From assembly GCF_006345805.1 (NCBI RefSeq), contig NW_021824851.1:1-64000 (forward strand): a DNA stretch of 64,000 bases, written 5' to 3'. Below are positions 35,800-47,036 of this stretch, piece after piece. The number at the start of each line of letters is the position of its first letter. The stretch's first letter is position 1. The position numbers and the translations under genes are program-made. The notes below the pieces were generated by a model. That model searched no databases and was not told where the DNA came from. It saw nothing but the letters and a program-made list of their open reading frames with translations. Source of the stretch: Octopus sinensis (taxonomy: Eukaryota).

Positions 35800-36016
35800 T
35801 CTCTTTTTACTCTTTTACTTCTTTCAGTCATTTGACTGCGGCCATGCTGGAGCACCGCCTTTAATCGAGCAAATCGACCCCCAGGACTTATTCTTTGGAG
35901 CCTAGTACTTATTCTATCGGTCTCTTTTGCCGAACCGCTAAGTGATCGGGACGTAAACACACAACCATTGGTTGTCAAGCGATGTTGGGGGGATAAGCAC
36001 AGACACGCAAACATAT

Positions 36017-36060
<44 letters not shown>

Positions 36061-36375
36061 TTACAATGGGCTTCTTTTCAGTTTCAGTCTACCAAATCCA
36101 CTCACGAGGCTTTGGTTGGCCTGAAGTTATAGTAGAAGACACTTAACCTAGGTGCCACGCAGTGGGACTGAACCCGGAACCATGTGGTTGGTAAGCAAGC
36201 TACTTACCACACAGCCACTCACATATATACAACGGGCTTCTTTTCAGTTTCCGTCTACCAAATCCACTCACAAGGCTTTGATCAGCCTGAGGCTATAGTA
36301 GAAGACACTTGCCCAAGGTGCCACGCAGTGGGACTGAACCTGGACCCATGTGGTTGGTAAGCAAGCTACTTACTA
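35800..36375 (-). mobile_element. Family A SINE with two heads
   Basis: Reverse-complement tail, body and two head modules. Confidence 0.8.
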
Positions 36376-36660
36376 GGCATGTGGTTAGAGGTATTTAGCG
36401 TACAATCAAAAGGCTGTGAGTTCAATTCTGGGAGATGCATTGTGTCCTTGAATAAGACACTTCGTTTCACATTGGTCCAGTCCACTCAGCTGACAAAAAG
36501 TAAGTAGTACCTGTAATTCAAAGGGGCGAGCCTTGTCACATTCTTTGTCACGCTGAATCTCTCCGAGAACTACATTTAGAGTATAGATGTCTATGGAGTA
36601 CTCAGCCACTTGCAGGTTGTTTCATTGATCGGATCAACTGGAACATTTGTCATCATAACT
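36376..36660 (+). mobile_element. Diverged SINE with D (CORE) head and C tail
   Basis: GTGTCCTTGAATAAGACACTT...CCAGTCCACTCAGCTG is followed by GCCTTGTCAC...CACGCTGAATCTC. Confidence 0.65.
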
Positions 36661-37015
36661 GAAAGTGTTCCAGTAATAGTTGAAGACATTTGACCAAAGT
36701 ACTGTGTGTTGGGACTGAACCCAAAACCACATTGTCGCCAAACAAGTACCTCAACCACACAGTCCAAGTTTATTGTACCCACTGCTCAGGCGCACCATAT
36801 CATTTTTATTTCATTTGATATAATCTTCCATGTTAGAATCACTTCACTTTTCCAGTCAGTCACATCGGTTTCACAAGGGTTGCAGAGCTGAAGGGAGACC
36901 AATCGAATTAGGGACTCACTTCTAAACCTGGTCATATTATATGTTTCCCATCAATATAAGAATTATACAAGTAGTGTAATTATAAAGTCCAACCCCTCCT
37001 CAAAGCGGTAAGGTG

Positions 37016-37517
37016 GTGTAAACGGGCAGTGTCATAGCTATGCCGTCGGGAATTTCGGTTCCTGGTAGGGCCACCCAAGGTGGATTGGTCTGGCACCAAG
37101 CAGTATTAGGGCTGCAGGCCTGGCCAATGGGGCTCTGGTGAAAATTCCAAGAGGCGTCTGATCAGCAACCGGTGGCTTCGAAGTCATTCTGTCCCTACGT
37201 CTGTGGAGACTCCGCGACAAACAGGGCATCCCGTAACTCGGGATATGCATGTGGGATGTCGGGGACAGCTTGTGAATTCAGTATTCCCACGAAACTTCTT
37301 CTATGAATCCCACTACTACCATGGCAATAAATATGAATACGAACTTGCAACTCTCAGGTCGGTCTGCGCAGATGGAACCACGAATGGCTCGCTATCTCCA
37401 GTGACCTCGCACAGGACCATCGAGCGTGGGCCGCCATGGTTCGTGATGCCTTCAGGACCAGAGAAGAAGCCGGCTCAACCCACCCTGGGTGAACGCCGTC
37501 ACAGGTACAAGTACAAA
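37016..37517 (+). mobile_element. Short RTE derivative, apparently bipartite (5' UTR-like part plus ORF 3' end)
   Basis: The 3' part translates to GLRRWNHEWLAISSDLAQDHRAWAAMVRDAF...GSTHPG*, followed by a CAAGTACAA tail. GTAAGGTG is repeated at 37008-37015 and 37518-37525. Confidence 0.65.
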
Positions 37518-37987
37518 GTAAGGTGATTCCATGAATTAAAGAGATGGTAGTGTTGAAAGATTGTTCTACTGTTTGCTACAAACCTGTTAATCTAGCAATG
37601 TGCCAAACTTCGGTTGTACAGAAAATATTTTGGGGTTTGAATTTTTTTTTCTGCTGGTTCTCTCTCAAAGAATAGCATTAAGCCATCACAAACTAAATAC
37701 TTGTAAACTTTCTGTGTTGGGGGTGGAGGATATTGTGGTATTATTGTTTGGCTCAGATCAGATGAATCTATGACGGGAGAGATACAAGCTGTGGCCATCT
37801 CGTGTATTATGAAGGCATGGTGTATCTAGGATCATGCGTATGTCTTCGTGTGATGGAGTGTGTTGCTGTTTATCTCCAGGCCAGTTCTAATGAAATAAAT
37901 CTCTTATAAAATGTGTTCCACCTGTGACCATCTCATCTTTTATTCAGACAGATATAGTGTATGTAGGACCTGATATGTGTTGTACCT

Positions 37988-38600
37988 TCATCATCATCAT
38001 CGTTTAACATCCGCTTTCCATGCTAGCATGGGTTGGACGATTTTGTCTGAGGGCTGGCGAACTAGATGGCTGCACCAGGCTCCAGTCTTGATTTGGCAGA
38101 GTTTCTACAGCTGGATGCCCTTCCTAATGCCAACCACTCCGCGAGTGTAGTGGGTGCTTTTTACATGCCACCGGCACAGGGGCCAGTCAGGCAGTACTGG
38201 CAATGACCTCGCTCGAATCTTTTTACAGGTGCCAGTAAGGCGACTTTAGTAATGATCACGCTCGAATGGTGCCCTTTTACGTGCCACCAGCACGGGGACC
38301 AGTCAGGCAGTACTAGCAACGACCTCGCTCGAATCCTTTTACACATGCCACCAACACAGGTGCTAGTAAGGCGACTTTGGTAACGCTCACTTTGAATGGT
38401 GGCCTTTTACGTGCCATTGACACAGAAGCCAGTTGGCTGCTCTGGCAATGATCACGCTCAGATGATGCTCTTGGCACCCTACTAGCATGGGCACAAGTGC
38501 CAGTAAGGCGACGCTGGTAACGATCATGCTCGAATGGTGCCCTTTAAGTGCCACTAGCACGGAAGCCAGTTGGCTGCTCTGGCAACATTCACGCTCGGAT
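37988..38600 (-). mobile_element. Family E copy (longer subtype)
   Basis: (CAT)n end plus internal GC-rich repeats. Confidence 0.78.
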
Positions 38601-38871
38601 GGATACAGTAATCATTAACATCTACAATAGACCCAGGCATATATTTATGGTTAAGTTTTTTTCCCAACCTTGTGACCTTGGGTTCAATCCTATGGCATGG
38701 CACTTTGGACCAATGTCTTTTACTAAGGCCCCAGGCTGATCAAATTCTTTGTGGATTTTGGAGAGAAAAAAATGAAAAAAACAAAAAGCACTTGTATGTG
38801 TGTGATAGTTATAAGCAAGCATCACCTGCAAAGCACCAATGGAATTTCTTTCTGATTTTCCATGAAGGCAT

Positions 38872-39515
38872 ATATCATCATCATCATCATCATCATTTAG
38901 CGTCCGCTTTCCATGCTAGCATGGGTTGGACGGTTCAACTGGGGTTTGTGAAGCCAGAAGGCTGCATCAGACCCAGTCTAATCTGGCAGTGTTTCTACGG
39001 CTGGATGCCCTTCCTAACGCCAACCACTCCGTGAGTGTAGTGGGTGCTTTTTACGTGCCACCCACACAGGTGCCAGACGGAGCTGGCAAACGGCCACGAA
39101 CAGATGGTGCTTTTACGTGCCTCCAGCACGGGGGCCAGGCGAGGCTGGCAACGGCCACGAATGGATGGTGCTTTTACGTGCCACCAGCATGGGGGCCAGG
39201 CGAGGCTGGTAACGGCCATGAACGGATGGTGCTATGTGCCACCGGCACGGGGGCCAGGCGAGGCTGGCAGCGGACACGAACGGATGGTGCTTTTACGTGC
39301 CACCAGCACGGGGGCCAGGCGAGGCTGGCAACGGCCACGAACGGATGGTGCTATGTGCCACCGGCACGGGGGCCAGGCGAGGCTGGCAACGGCCACGAAC
39401 GGGTGGTGCTTTTACGTGCCACCAGCATGGGGGCCAGGCGAGGCTGGCAACGGCCACGAACGGATGGTGCTATGTGCCACCGGCACGGAAGCCAGTCGGG
39501 GCGGCGCTCTGAAAT
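38872..39515 (-). mobile_element. Family E copy with an alternating 61/58-bp VNTR
   Basis: CCAGG anchors at 39135, 39196, 39254, 39315, 39373 and 39434. Confidence 0.85.
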
Positions 39516-39537
39516 GATATTAGAAATTTTTACTTAC

Positions 39538-39726
39538 GGCTGTTCTTGAAGACAACTAACAGCAAATTCTCTCACAACTCTGTCAGCATATGCAAAATCA
39601 AGTAAACCTAAACTGTGTTCACAGTAGCTATGCAAAAATATTACGTTGCTTGGAAGCTGGTGAGTGTTGGTGACAAGAAGGTCTTCTGGTTTTAGAAAAC
39701 TGACCTCAAAGAACTGTGTCTGACCC
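39538..39726 (-). CDS. 189-nt internal coding exon (phase 2-2); 3' half resembles the PI3K catalytic-subunit helical (PIK) domain
   Basis: Acceptor TTTACCTCTCCGTACTTGCAG| and donor CC|GTAAGT. The open frame is GQTQFFEVSFLKPEDLLVTNTHQLPSNVIFLHSYCEHSLGLLDFAYADRVVREFAVSCLQEQ. Its L.LLD..Y.D..VR.FAV.CL matches class I PI3K, but the 5' half does not. The exon is more certain than the product. Confidence 0.6.
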
Positions 39727-40006
39727 CTGCAAGTACGGAGAGGTAAACTGAAAAATGAGGCTGTTCCAGTTGGTTTGGTCTCTGGGCATTTTCAAGTGTT
39801 GTATTCCTGCAATATTTACAAAGTTCCAGACATCCAGGAATAAACCAGCTGATGACTGTAACAGTGTCGATGTAATAAATATTGTAATCAGTCCTTTCAT
39901 GTTTAACGATGTGATTAATTAGTCTTAATTAACAGAAATTCATCTCGGACGTACCATAATTAGTTGAAGTTGTGTTTTGCATTAGTCCCTCTGGCGATGT
40001 ACTTAC

Positions 40007-40019
40007 AACAACACTGTGG
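40007..40019 (-). CDS. Candidate 13-nt microexon (or 3' end of a longer exon) upstream of 39726
   Basis: TTATTTTATATTTAG|CCACAGTGTTGTT|GTAAGT. It ends in phase 2, giving ATVL-L-GQTQ across a 280-nt intron. Confidence 0.35.
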
Positions 40020-40139
40020 CTAAATATAAAATAATCGAGTTACTCTTCGATAGTAAATTTATTAATCTATTAACCTCACCAAATGCTTAATTATTTTTTC
40101 TAAATATGTAGATTTTAACCCATATCACATTATGGATCA

Positions 40140-40782
40140 GCCCCGTGCTAGTAGGGTGCTAAGAGCACCATCCGAAAGGCGGCGAGCTGGCAGAACCGTT
40201 AGCACGCTGGGCGAAATGCGTAGCTGTATTTCGTCGGCCGCTACGTTCTGAGTTCAAATTCCGCCGAGGTCGACTTTGCCTTTCATCCTTTCGGGGTCGA
40301 TAAATTAAGTACCAGTTGCGCACTGGAGTCGATATAATCGACTTAATCCGTTTGTCTGTCCTTGTTTGTCCCTTCTATGTCTAGTCCCTTGTGGGTAGTA
40401 AAGAAACAAAAGGCACCATCCGAGCGTGATCATTGCCAGAGCAGTTAACTGGCTTCCGTGCCGGTGGCATGTAGGAGGCACCATTCGAGCGGGATCGTTA
40501 CCAGCATCGCCTTACTGGCACCTGTGCCATTGGCATGAGTAAAAAAATTCGAGCGAGGTCATTACCAGTACCGCCTGACTGGGCCCCATGCTGGTGGCAC
40601 GTAAAAGCACCCACTACACTCTCAGAGTGGTTGGCGTTAGGAAGGACATCCAGCTGTAGAAACTCTGCCATATCAAGATTGAAGCCTGGTGCAACCATCT
40701 GGTTCGCCAGTCCTCAGTCAAAATCATCCAACCCATGCTAGCATGGAAAGCAGACGTTAAATGATGATGATGATGATGATGA
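40140..40782 (+). mobile_element. Family E copy interrupted by a family B SINE (40178-40407)
   Basis: TSD GCACCATCCGA at 40165-40175 and 40413-40423. Confidence 0.85.
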
Positions 40783-41147
40783 TACATTATGTATATCTGA
40801 CCAAAGCAGTTTCATTTGTTTATTTACATCATTATTTCTATATGTATGTGTGTATATATATATATATATATAAATTAGTAAAAACTGGTACTTAATTTAT
40901 CAACCCCGAAAGGATGAAAGGCAAAGTCGACCTCGGCGGAATTTGAACTCAGAACATAAGAACCAATGTAAATGTCAGGAAGCATTTTTCCTGGCATGCT
41001 AACAATTCTGCCAGCTTGCCGCTTCAGTATAGAGTCAAAAATGCAAAACAGGAACCAACAAGTCATTGAACTTTGGTGTTCTCAATTCTTATTGATTCCA
41101 CTGTTTATAGTTTTATATTTTTTTTTCGTTATTTAATTTATTCTTTT

Positions 41148-41800
41148 ATTCTTTTACTTGTTTCAGTCATTTTGACTGTGGCCATGCTGGAGCACCGCCT
41201 TTTTTAGTCGAGCAAATCGACCCCGGGATTTATTCTTTGTAAGCCTGGTACTTATTCTATCGGTCTCTTTTTGCCAAACCGCTAAGTTACAGGGCCGTAA
41301 ACACATCAGTTGTCAAGTGGTGTTGTGGGGGGGGGGCAAACACAGACACACAAACACACACACACACAGACACATATATACATAAATACATACATACATA
41401 CCATCATCATCATCATCGTATAATGTCCGTTTCCATGCTAACATGGGTTGGACAGTTCGAACGGGGTCTGGGAAGCCAGGAGGCTGCACCAGGCTCCAGT
41501 CTGATTTTGGCAGTGTTTCTGCAGCTTGATACCCTTCCTAACGCCAAAATATATATATATGTATATATATAACCCATGCTAGCATGGAGAACGGACGTTA
41601 AATGATGATGATGATGATGATATATATATATATATATACACGATAGGCTTCTTTCAGTTTCCATCTACCAAATCCACTCACAAGGCATTGGTCGGCCCGA
41701 GGCTATAGTAGAAGACACTTGTCCAAGATGCCACGCAGTGGGACTGAACCCGGAACCATGTGGTTGGTGAGCAAGCTACTTACCACACAGCCACTCCTGT
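41148..41800 (-). mobile_element. Family A SINE carrying an inverted pair of family E 3' ends (41402-41620)
   Basis: The A tail and head flank (CAT)n-E...(TA)n...E-(GAT)n. Confidence 0.78.
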
Positions 41801-42235
41801 GCGTGTATCTTTTGCCTTTTACATGTTTCAGTCTGTGGCCATGCAGGAGCACTGCCTTGAAGACTTTCATCAAACTAGTACTTGTTTTTTTTGTTTAAAC
41901 CTGGGATTTCTGTGTCTTTTGCTTGACTACTAAGTTGAGGGGTATAAACAAACCAACACTGGTTATCAAGCAATGGTAGGGAACAAATATACACACACAC
42001 ACACAACATGCTTCTTTGTTTTTTTTTTATCTCACAAAGCTTTGACCAACCTGAGGCTATAGCAGAAGACATTTGCCCAAGGTGCTATGCAGTGGGACTG
42101 AACTCGGAACCATGTGGTTGGCAAATAAACTTCTTACCACGTAGCCACTCACATGTGGCTTTGTGGTGCGTGTGTATATATATATATATCATTATGCATG
42201 TATGTGTTTGTGTATATATATTTTTATATATGTAG

Positions 42236-42540
42236 AGGCGCAATGGTCCAGTGGTTAGGGCAGCAGACTCGCAGTCGGAGGATCGCAATTTCGATTCCCA
42301 GACCAGGCGCTGTGTGTGTTCATTGAGTGAAAACACTTAAAAGCTCTACGAGGCTCCGGCAAGGGGTGGTGGGGACCCATGTTGTACTCTTTTACCACAG
42401 CTTTCTCTCAATCTCTCTCCCTGTTTCTTGAGTAACACTGCAATGGACTGGCCTCCCGTCCAGCTGGAGGGGAACACATATGCCACAGAAACCGGGAAAC
42501 CGGGCCCATGAGCCTGGCTAGGCTTTAAAAGGGTGACGTT
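42236..42540 (+). mobile_element. SINE with C head and D tail
   Basis: GGCGCAATGGTCCAGTGGTTAGGG head, ending GGGCCCATGAGCCTGGCTAGGCTTTAAAAGGG. Confidence 0.75.
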
Positions 42541-42579
42541 TATCGTTTTATTTTTTATATATATATATCTCGTGATCAA

Positions 42580-42822
42580 TATATATCGTGACTGACCAGA
42601 GTATCAGATGTTGTTACTCATTGCTGATCACAATGCGCTCTGCATCATTTTAGCCTTCAAACGATGCCTCTCTGCTGCCAGCATTCCTCCTGATCGAACG
42701 GGGAACTGGAGCAATGTGGGATGAAGTGTTTTGCTCAAGAACTCTACACACTGCCCAGTTTGAGAATCCAACCCATCTAGTGGTTGTGAATGCAACAGCC
42801 AAACCACTAGGCCATGCGCCTT
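42580..42822 (-). mobile_element. CORE-type SINE with a third tail type
   Basis: tRNA-like head and GTTCTTGAGCAAAACACTTCATCCCACATTGCTCCAG, followed by a tail unlike C or D. Confidence 0.6.
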
Positions 42823-42849
42823 CACACACACACACACACACACACATGT

Positions 42850-43232
42850 ACTCTTTTACTTGTTTCAGTCATTTGACTGCGGCCATGCTGGAGCACCGCC
42901 TTTAGTCGAGCAACTCGACCCCGGGACTTATTCTTTGTAAGTCCAGTACTTATTCTATCGGTCTCTTTTGCCGAACTGCTAAGTGACGGGGACATAAACA
43001 CACCAGCATCAGTTATCAAGCAATGCTAGGGGGACAAACACATACACACACACATATATATATACATATATACGACAGGCTTCTTTCAGTTTCCATCTAC
43101 CAAATCCACTCACAAGGCATTAATCGGCCCAGGGCTATAGCAGCAGACACTTGCCCAAGGTGCCACGTAGTGGGACTGAACCCGGAACCATGTGGTTGGT
43201 TAGCAAGCTACTTCCCACACAGCCACTCTTGT
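42850..43232 (-). mobile_element. Family A SINE
   Basis: As at 25720. Confidence 0.83.
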
Positions 43233-43604
43233 ATGTAGTTTAATTAAAGAAATTAATTGGTTATTAGAAAATTGACTGTTTATTTCATCTTGGAATGTGG
43301 CGTTACTTTGGTGGTGGTGGTGGGGGGGATGAAAATTAATCAAATATTTTCTGATGGTGGGAGGAGCAGGAGGTAGAAAAAGTTGGGACCTTCTGCTCAG
43401 TGTGGATGCTTGAACTGCTAGAAATAGCAAACAAATTTCCCTGAAATTTAATGCTACCTTTTTAAAGAAAGACAGGCCCATTGGATAATCATATGGAAGT
43501 GGGATGGCCATGGCTGAAATATTTTTTTTACCATTGGTCAGCTCAGAACTGACCTGGAACGAAACACCATCATCAATCATGAAATTATTTTCATCTCTTA
43601 TGTT

Positions 43605-43950
43605 TTACAAGGTGTATTCCAGAACTTTCAGACTTTCAGGAGAGATATTTATTCATTTCAAAACTCTAATCTCCTTCAAAGTAGGATCCCCTAACATCAA
43701 TGCATTTGTTGTGGCACCCCAGCCACTTCGTGAAGGCCCCATGGAAGTCCTCCGAAGTGAAGGTGTCCAAGATCTTTGTCATAACTTCCATCTCCAAAAC
43801 AACTGCCCCCGAGATTCTCCTTCAGCTTGGGGAACTACCAAAAGTCATAGGGACCAAGATCTGGAATGTAGGGAGGCTGAGGGGCAGTTTTGATGCCCAC
43901 CTCTGTCAAGTGGTGGGTTTCAGTATGTTCATCGCACCCTTGGGAACAAA
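43605..43950 (-). pseudogene. Mariner transposase C-terminal relic
   Basis: LTEVGIKTAPQPPYIPDLGPYDFW*FPKLK...DTFTSEDFHGAFTKWLGCHNKCIDVRGSYFEGD*. Confidence 0.82.
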
Positions 43951-44587
43951 CTTTACCCTTACTCTTTTACTTGTTTCAGTCATTTGACTGTGACCATGCT
44001 GGAGCACCACCTTTAGGCTCAGTTTTACAGTTGGGTCCCCTTTATGCTGTCAACTGTTTTAGTTAACCCTTACAATATGCAGAGATGTAGTGTTCTTATT
44101 TTTTTAAGTCCACGATACCCAGGGTAATAAGAATCCTTTTGATTGTCATCTTAATTTTCTACTCTAGGCACAAGGCCTGAAATTTTTGGGGGATCATCCA
44201 TTAGATCAACCCCAGTACACAACTGGTACTTAATTTATCAACACCGAAAGGATAAAAGGCAAAGTCGACCACAATGGAATTTGAACTCAGAATGTAAAGA
44301 CAGACGAAATACCACTAAGCATTTCGCCCAGCATGCTAACCATTCTGCCAGCTTGTCCCCTTTTGATACCAATATATTACAGAACTTAAGGCACCCATTG
44401 GGACGAATGCTTAGTAGTATTTCATCCATCTTTACATTCTGGGTTCAAATTCCATTGTGGTCGACTTGACCCCTCATTCCTTTTGGGGGTTGATAAAACA
44501 AGTACTAGCTGAGCTCTGGGGTTGATATAGCTGACTTACTCCCCACCAAAATATTGCTGGCCTTGTGCCAAAATTGTCTGAACACCC

Positions 44588-44660
44588 TCCCTGTACATAA
44601 CTCCATGATCCCTTACATGGCCTTGCTTTTTGCTTTTTGAGCCAAAAAATTAACTAATTA
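44588..44660 (+). mobile_element. CR1 3' terminal fragment (same family as 22083)
   Basis: CCTTACATGGCCTTGCTTTTTGCTTTTTGAGCCAAAAAATTAAC. Confidence 0.7.
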
Positions 44661-44876
44661 TCTGCCCCATTGCCTTTTGTTCTTCTGAGGTCAATAAAAT
44701 AAGTACCAGGATCAATGTTGGCTGTGACCTACAAAGTGATGCCCCAGCATGGCCACAGTTCAATAACTGGACAAAACCAGTCAAACAATGAGAAATTTCG
44801 AATTTTATTGTTGCTTCGATGTAAATTTATTTATCGGTAAAAGACTAAATGTTGTTTTTTTTTGTTTGTTTGGCAG

Positions 44877-45100
44877 CTGATGGAATATTCCTGCATGGAG
44901 CTTGCTTTAGAAGGGGAGCGCCTGTGTCGAGCTGGTGACTGTCAAGCAGGGGTACAATACTTTGAGGCTGCGGTCAAGGCAGGAACGGACGACTTTGCCA
45001 CACTGAGCGCCATTTATAGTCAGCTTGGCAATGCTTACTTCTTCCTGCAGGAATATGGCAAAGCCTTGGAATATCACCGACATGATCTCAACCTGGCCAG
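44877..45100 (+). CDS. GPSM2: G-protein signalling modulator (LGN/AGS3/Pins) N-terminal TPR exon
   Basis: MEYSCMELALEGERLCRAGDCQAGVQYFEAAVKAGTDDFATLSAIYSQLGNAYFFLQEYGKALEYHRHDLNLAR closely matches the GPSM1/2 N-terminus. Acceptor TTTGTTTGGCAG| and donor CAG|GTAAGG (phase 2). GPSM1 and GPSM2 cannot be distinguished for an invertebrate gene. Confidence 0.95.
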
Positions 45101-45200
45101 GTAAGGAACCTTTGCTTAATTCTTTAATTAGCTGATCTGATAATGTGCGAGTGCACATGTATGTTTGAGTGAGCACCTCGCTAAGATAAATATTTCAATT

Positions 45201-45272
45201 AACCTGAAGATTGACTGTAACCATAACTTGAATTATTACGAATTGTACAGCCATGAAACGATCGTAGTGTTT
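45201..45272 (+). ncRNA. Type-I hammerhead-like motif in the GPSM intron
   Basis: AAC-CTGAAGA-T-TGACTGTA...TACAGCCA-T-GAAA-CGATCG-TA-GTGTT. The core boxes are intact and stem III is the palindrome ACGATCGT, but stem I is weak. Confidence 0.55.
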
Positions 45273-45459
45273 TACTCTTTATCTTTTATTAAACTTTTAA
45301 TACTTTTGATATATATTTAAAATAATATAAATTAATTAATTTTATGTATTGGCTTATATTTTTCATTGTTTGATTTACCTAATAGTGGTTTTATCTCTAA
45401 TTTAATATAATATAATATAATATATTTTACTATAAAATTGGATTTATTCCCTAATATTT

Positions 45460-45516
<57 letters not shown>

Positions 45517-45519
<3 letters not shown>

Positions 45520-45624
45520 CTGAAAAAATTAGAAATAGTAGTCTATTGTCTACAAATGTGGAGTCCCATTTGTAGAAAATAGAAATAAACAGTCTCCGAC
45601 TGCTATTTCTAATTTTTTCGGTAT
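45517..45624. repeat. 108-bp imperfect palindrome
   Basis: ATACTGAAAAAATTAGAAATAGTAGTC pairs with GACTGCTATTTCTAATTTTTTCGGTAT. The inner stem is CTATTGTCTACAAATG/CATTTGTAGAAAATAG. Confidence 0.8.
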
Positions 45625-45815
45625 GTGGCTAAGCAACCTGTTGCTGCCCCTTCTATTTATATACAATATATATATATATCTATACGAACACGTGACTGAG
45701 TCGCGGCCGCCGTTAAATGGTTATATTTATATGCCGAAATCTACCATAAATAATTGTTGGTTTTTTGAAAAACCATCGAAGACTTATTTACTCTTATTAT
45801 ATATATATATATATA

Positions 45816-46229
45816 GGATCTTTTCGGTTTGGCCGGCAGTTTTTAACATAATTTCTAGGTAACTAAAAAATTTTAAACTTTGTATACTGGTAGAATGTGT
45901 TTATAAAACATCTTTTTTTCTTGGTTTTATTGAGAAAATTTTATAGTTTGTAAGATATTTGTTGTTTTTTTTCTTCAATTTCTGCAATTTCAACCAATCA
46001 CTGACGTCTATTGAGGTAAAAAAAAAACATTCTGTGCCATATGAATATGTCCCTCGTTTAAGAAACAGATTGGGTTTATTTACATTTGTGAAGAAAAAAA
46101 GATACCCTTCCCCCCACCCCTAACCCTAAAACAGATTGAAATGCAATAGATCGATACTAGGGTCATAATTATGGGTGACAATTTCATATGACACTGCTAG
46201 AAAAAACTGCCGTTCAAACTGAAAAGATC

Positions 46230-46230
<1 letters not shown>
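45816..46230. mobile_element. GGATC-terminus MITE, opposite orientation to 1860
   Basis: Same TIRs, inserted in (TA)n. Confidence 0.87.
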
Positions 46231-46267
<37 letters not shown>

Positions 46268-46269
46268 CA

Positions 46270-46996
46270 TAATCATCGTTTAATGTCTGCCTTCCACGCT
46301 AGCATGGATTGGACAATTTGACTGAGGACTGGCGAACCAGATGGCTGCCCTTCCTAATGCCAACCACTCCGAGAGTGTAGTGGGTACTTTTACGTGCCAC
46401 CTGCACAGGAGCCAGTCCAGCGGCACTGGCAATGACCTCGCTCGAATGTTTTTTTTTTGTGCCACTGGCACAAGTGCCAGTAAGGCGACGCTCGAATAGT
46501 GCTTTTTACGTGCAACCAGCACAGAGACCAACTTGTTGCTTTAGCAATGATAACGCTCGGATGGTGCTCTTAGTGCTCCACTAGCACAGATACTTACTTT
46601 TTACTTTTACTTGTTTCAGTCATTTGACTGTGGCCATGCTGGAGCACCGCCTTTAGTCGAGCAACTCGACCCCGGGACTTATTCTTTGTAAGCCCAGTCC
46701 TTATTCTATCGGTCTCTTTTTGCCGAACCGCTAAGTGACGGGGACGTAAACACACCAGCATCGGTTGTCAAGCGATGCTAGGGGGACAAACACAGACACA
46801 CACACATATATATATACATATACATATATACGACAGGCTTCTTTCAGTTTCCGTCTACCAAATCCACTCACAAGGCATTGGTCGGCCCGGGGCCATAGCA
46901 GAAGAAGACACTTGCCCAAGATGCCACGCAGTGGGACTGAACCCGGAACCATGTGGTTGGTTAGCAAGCTACTTACCACACAGCCACTCCTGCACC

Positions 46997-47036
<40 letters not shown>

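Noticed and set aside
37592-37900. Minus-strand frames downstream of the PI3K-like exon
   Set aside because: None starts in phase 2 with the expected DEEL..YLLQLVQ.LKYE sequence, and stops interrupt them.
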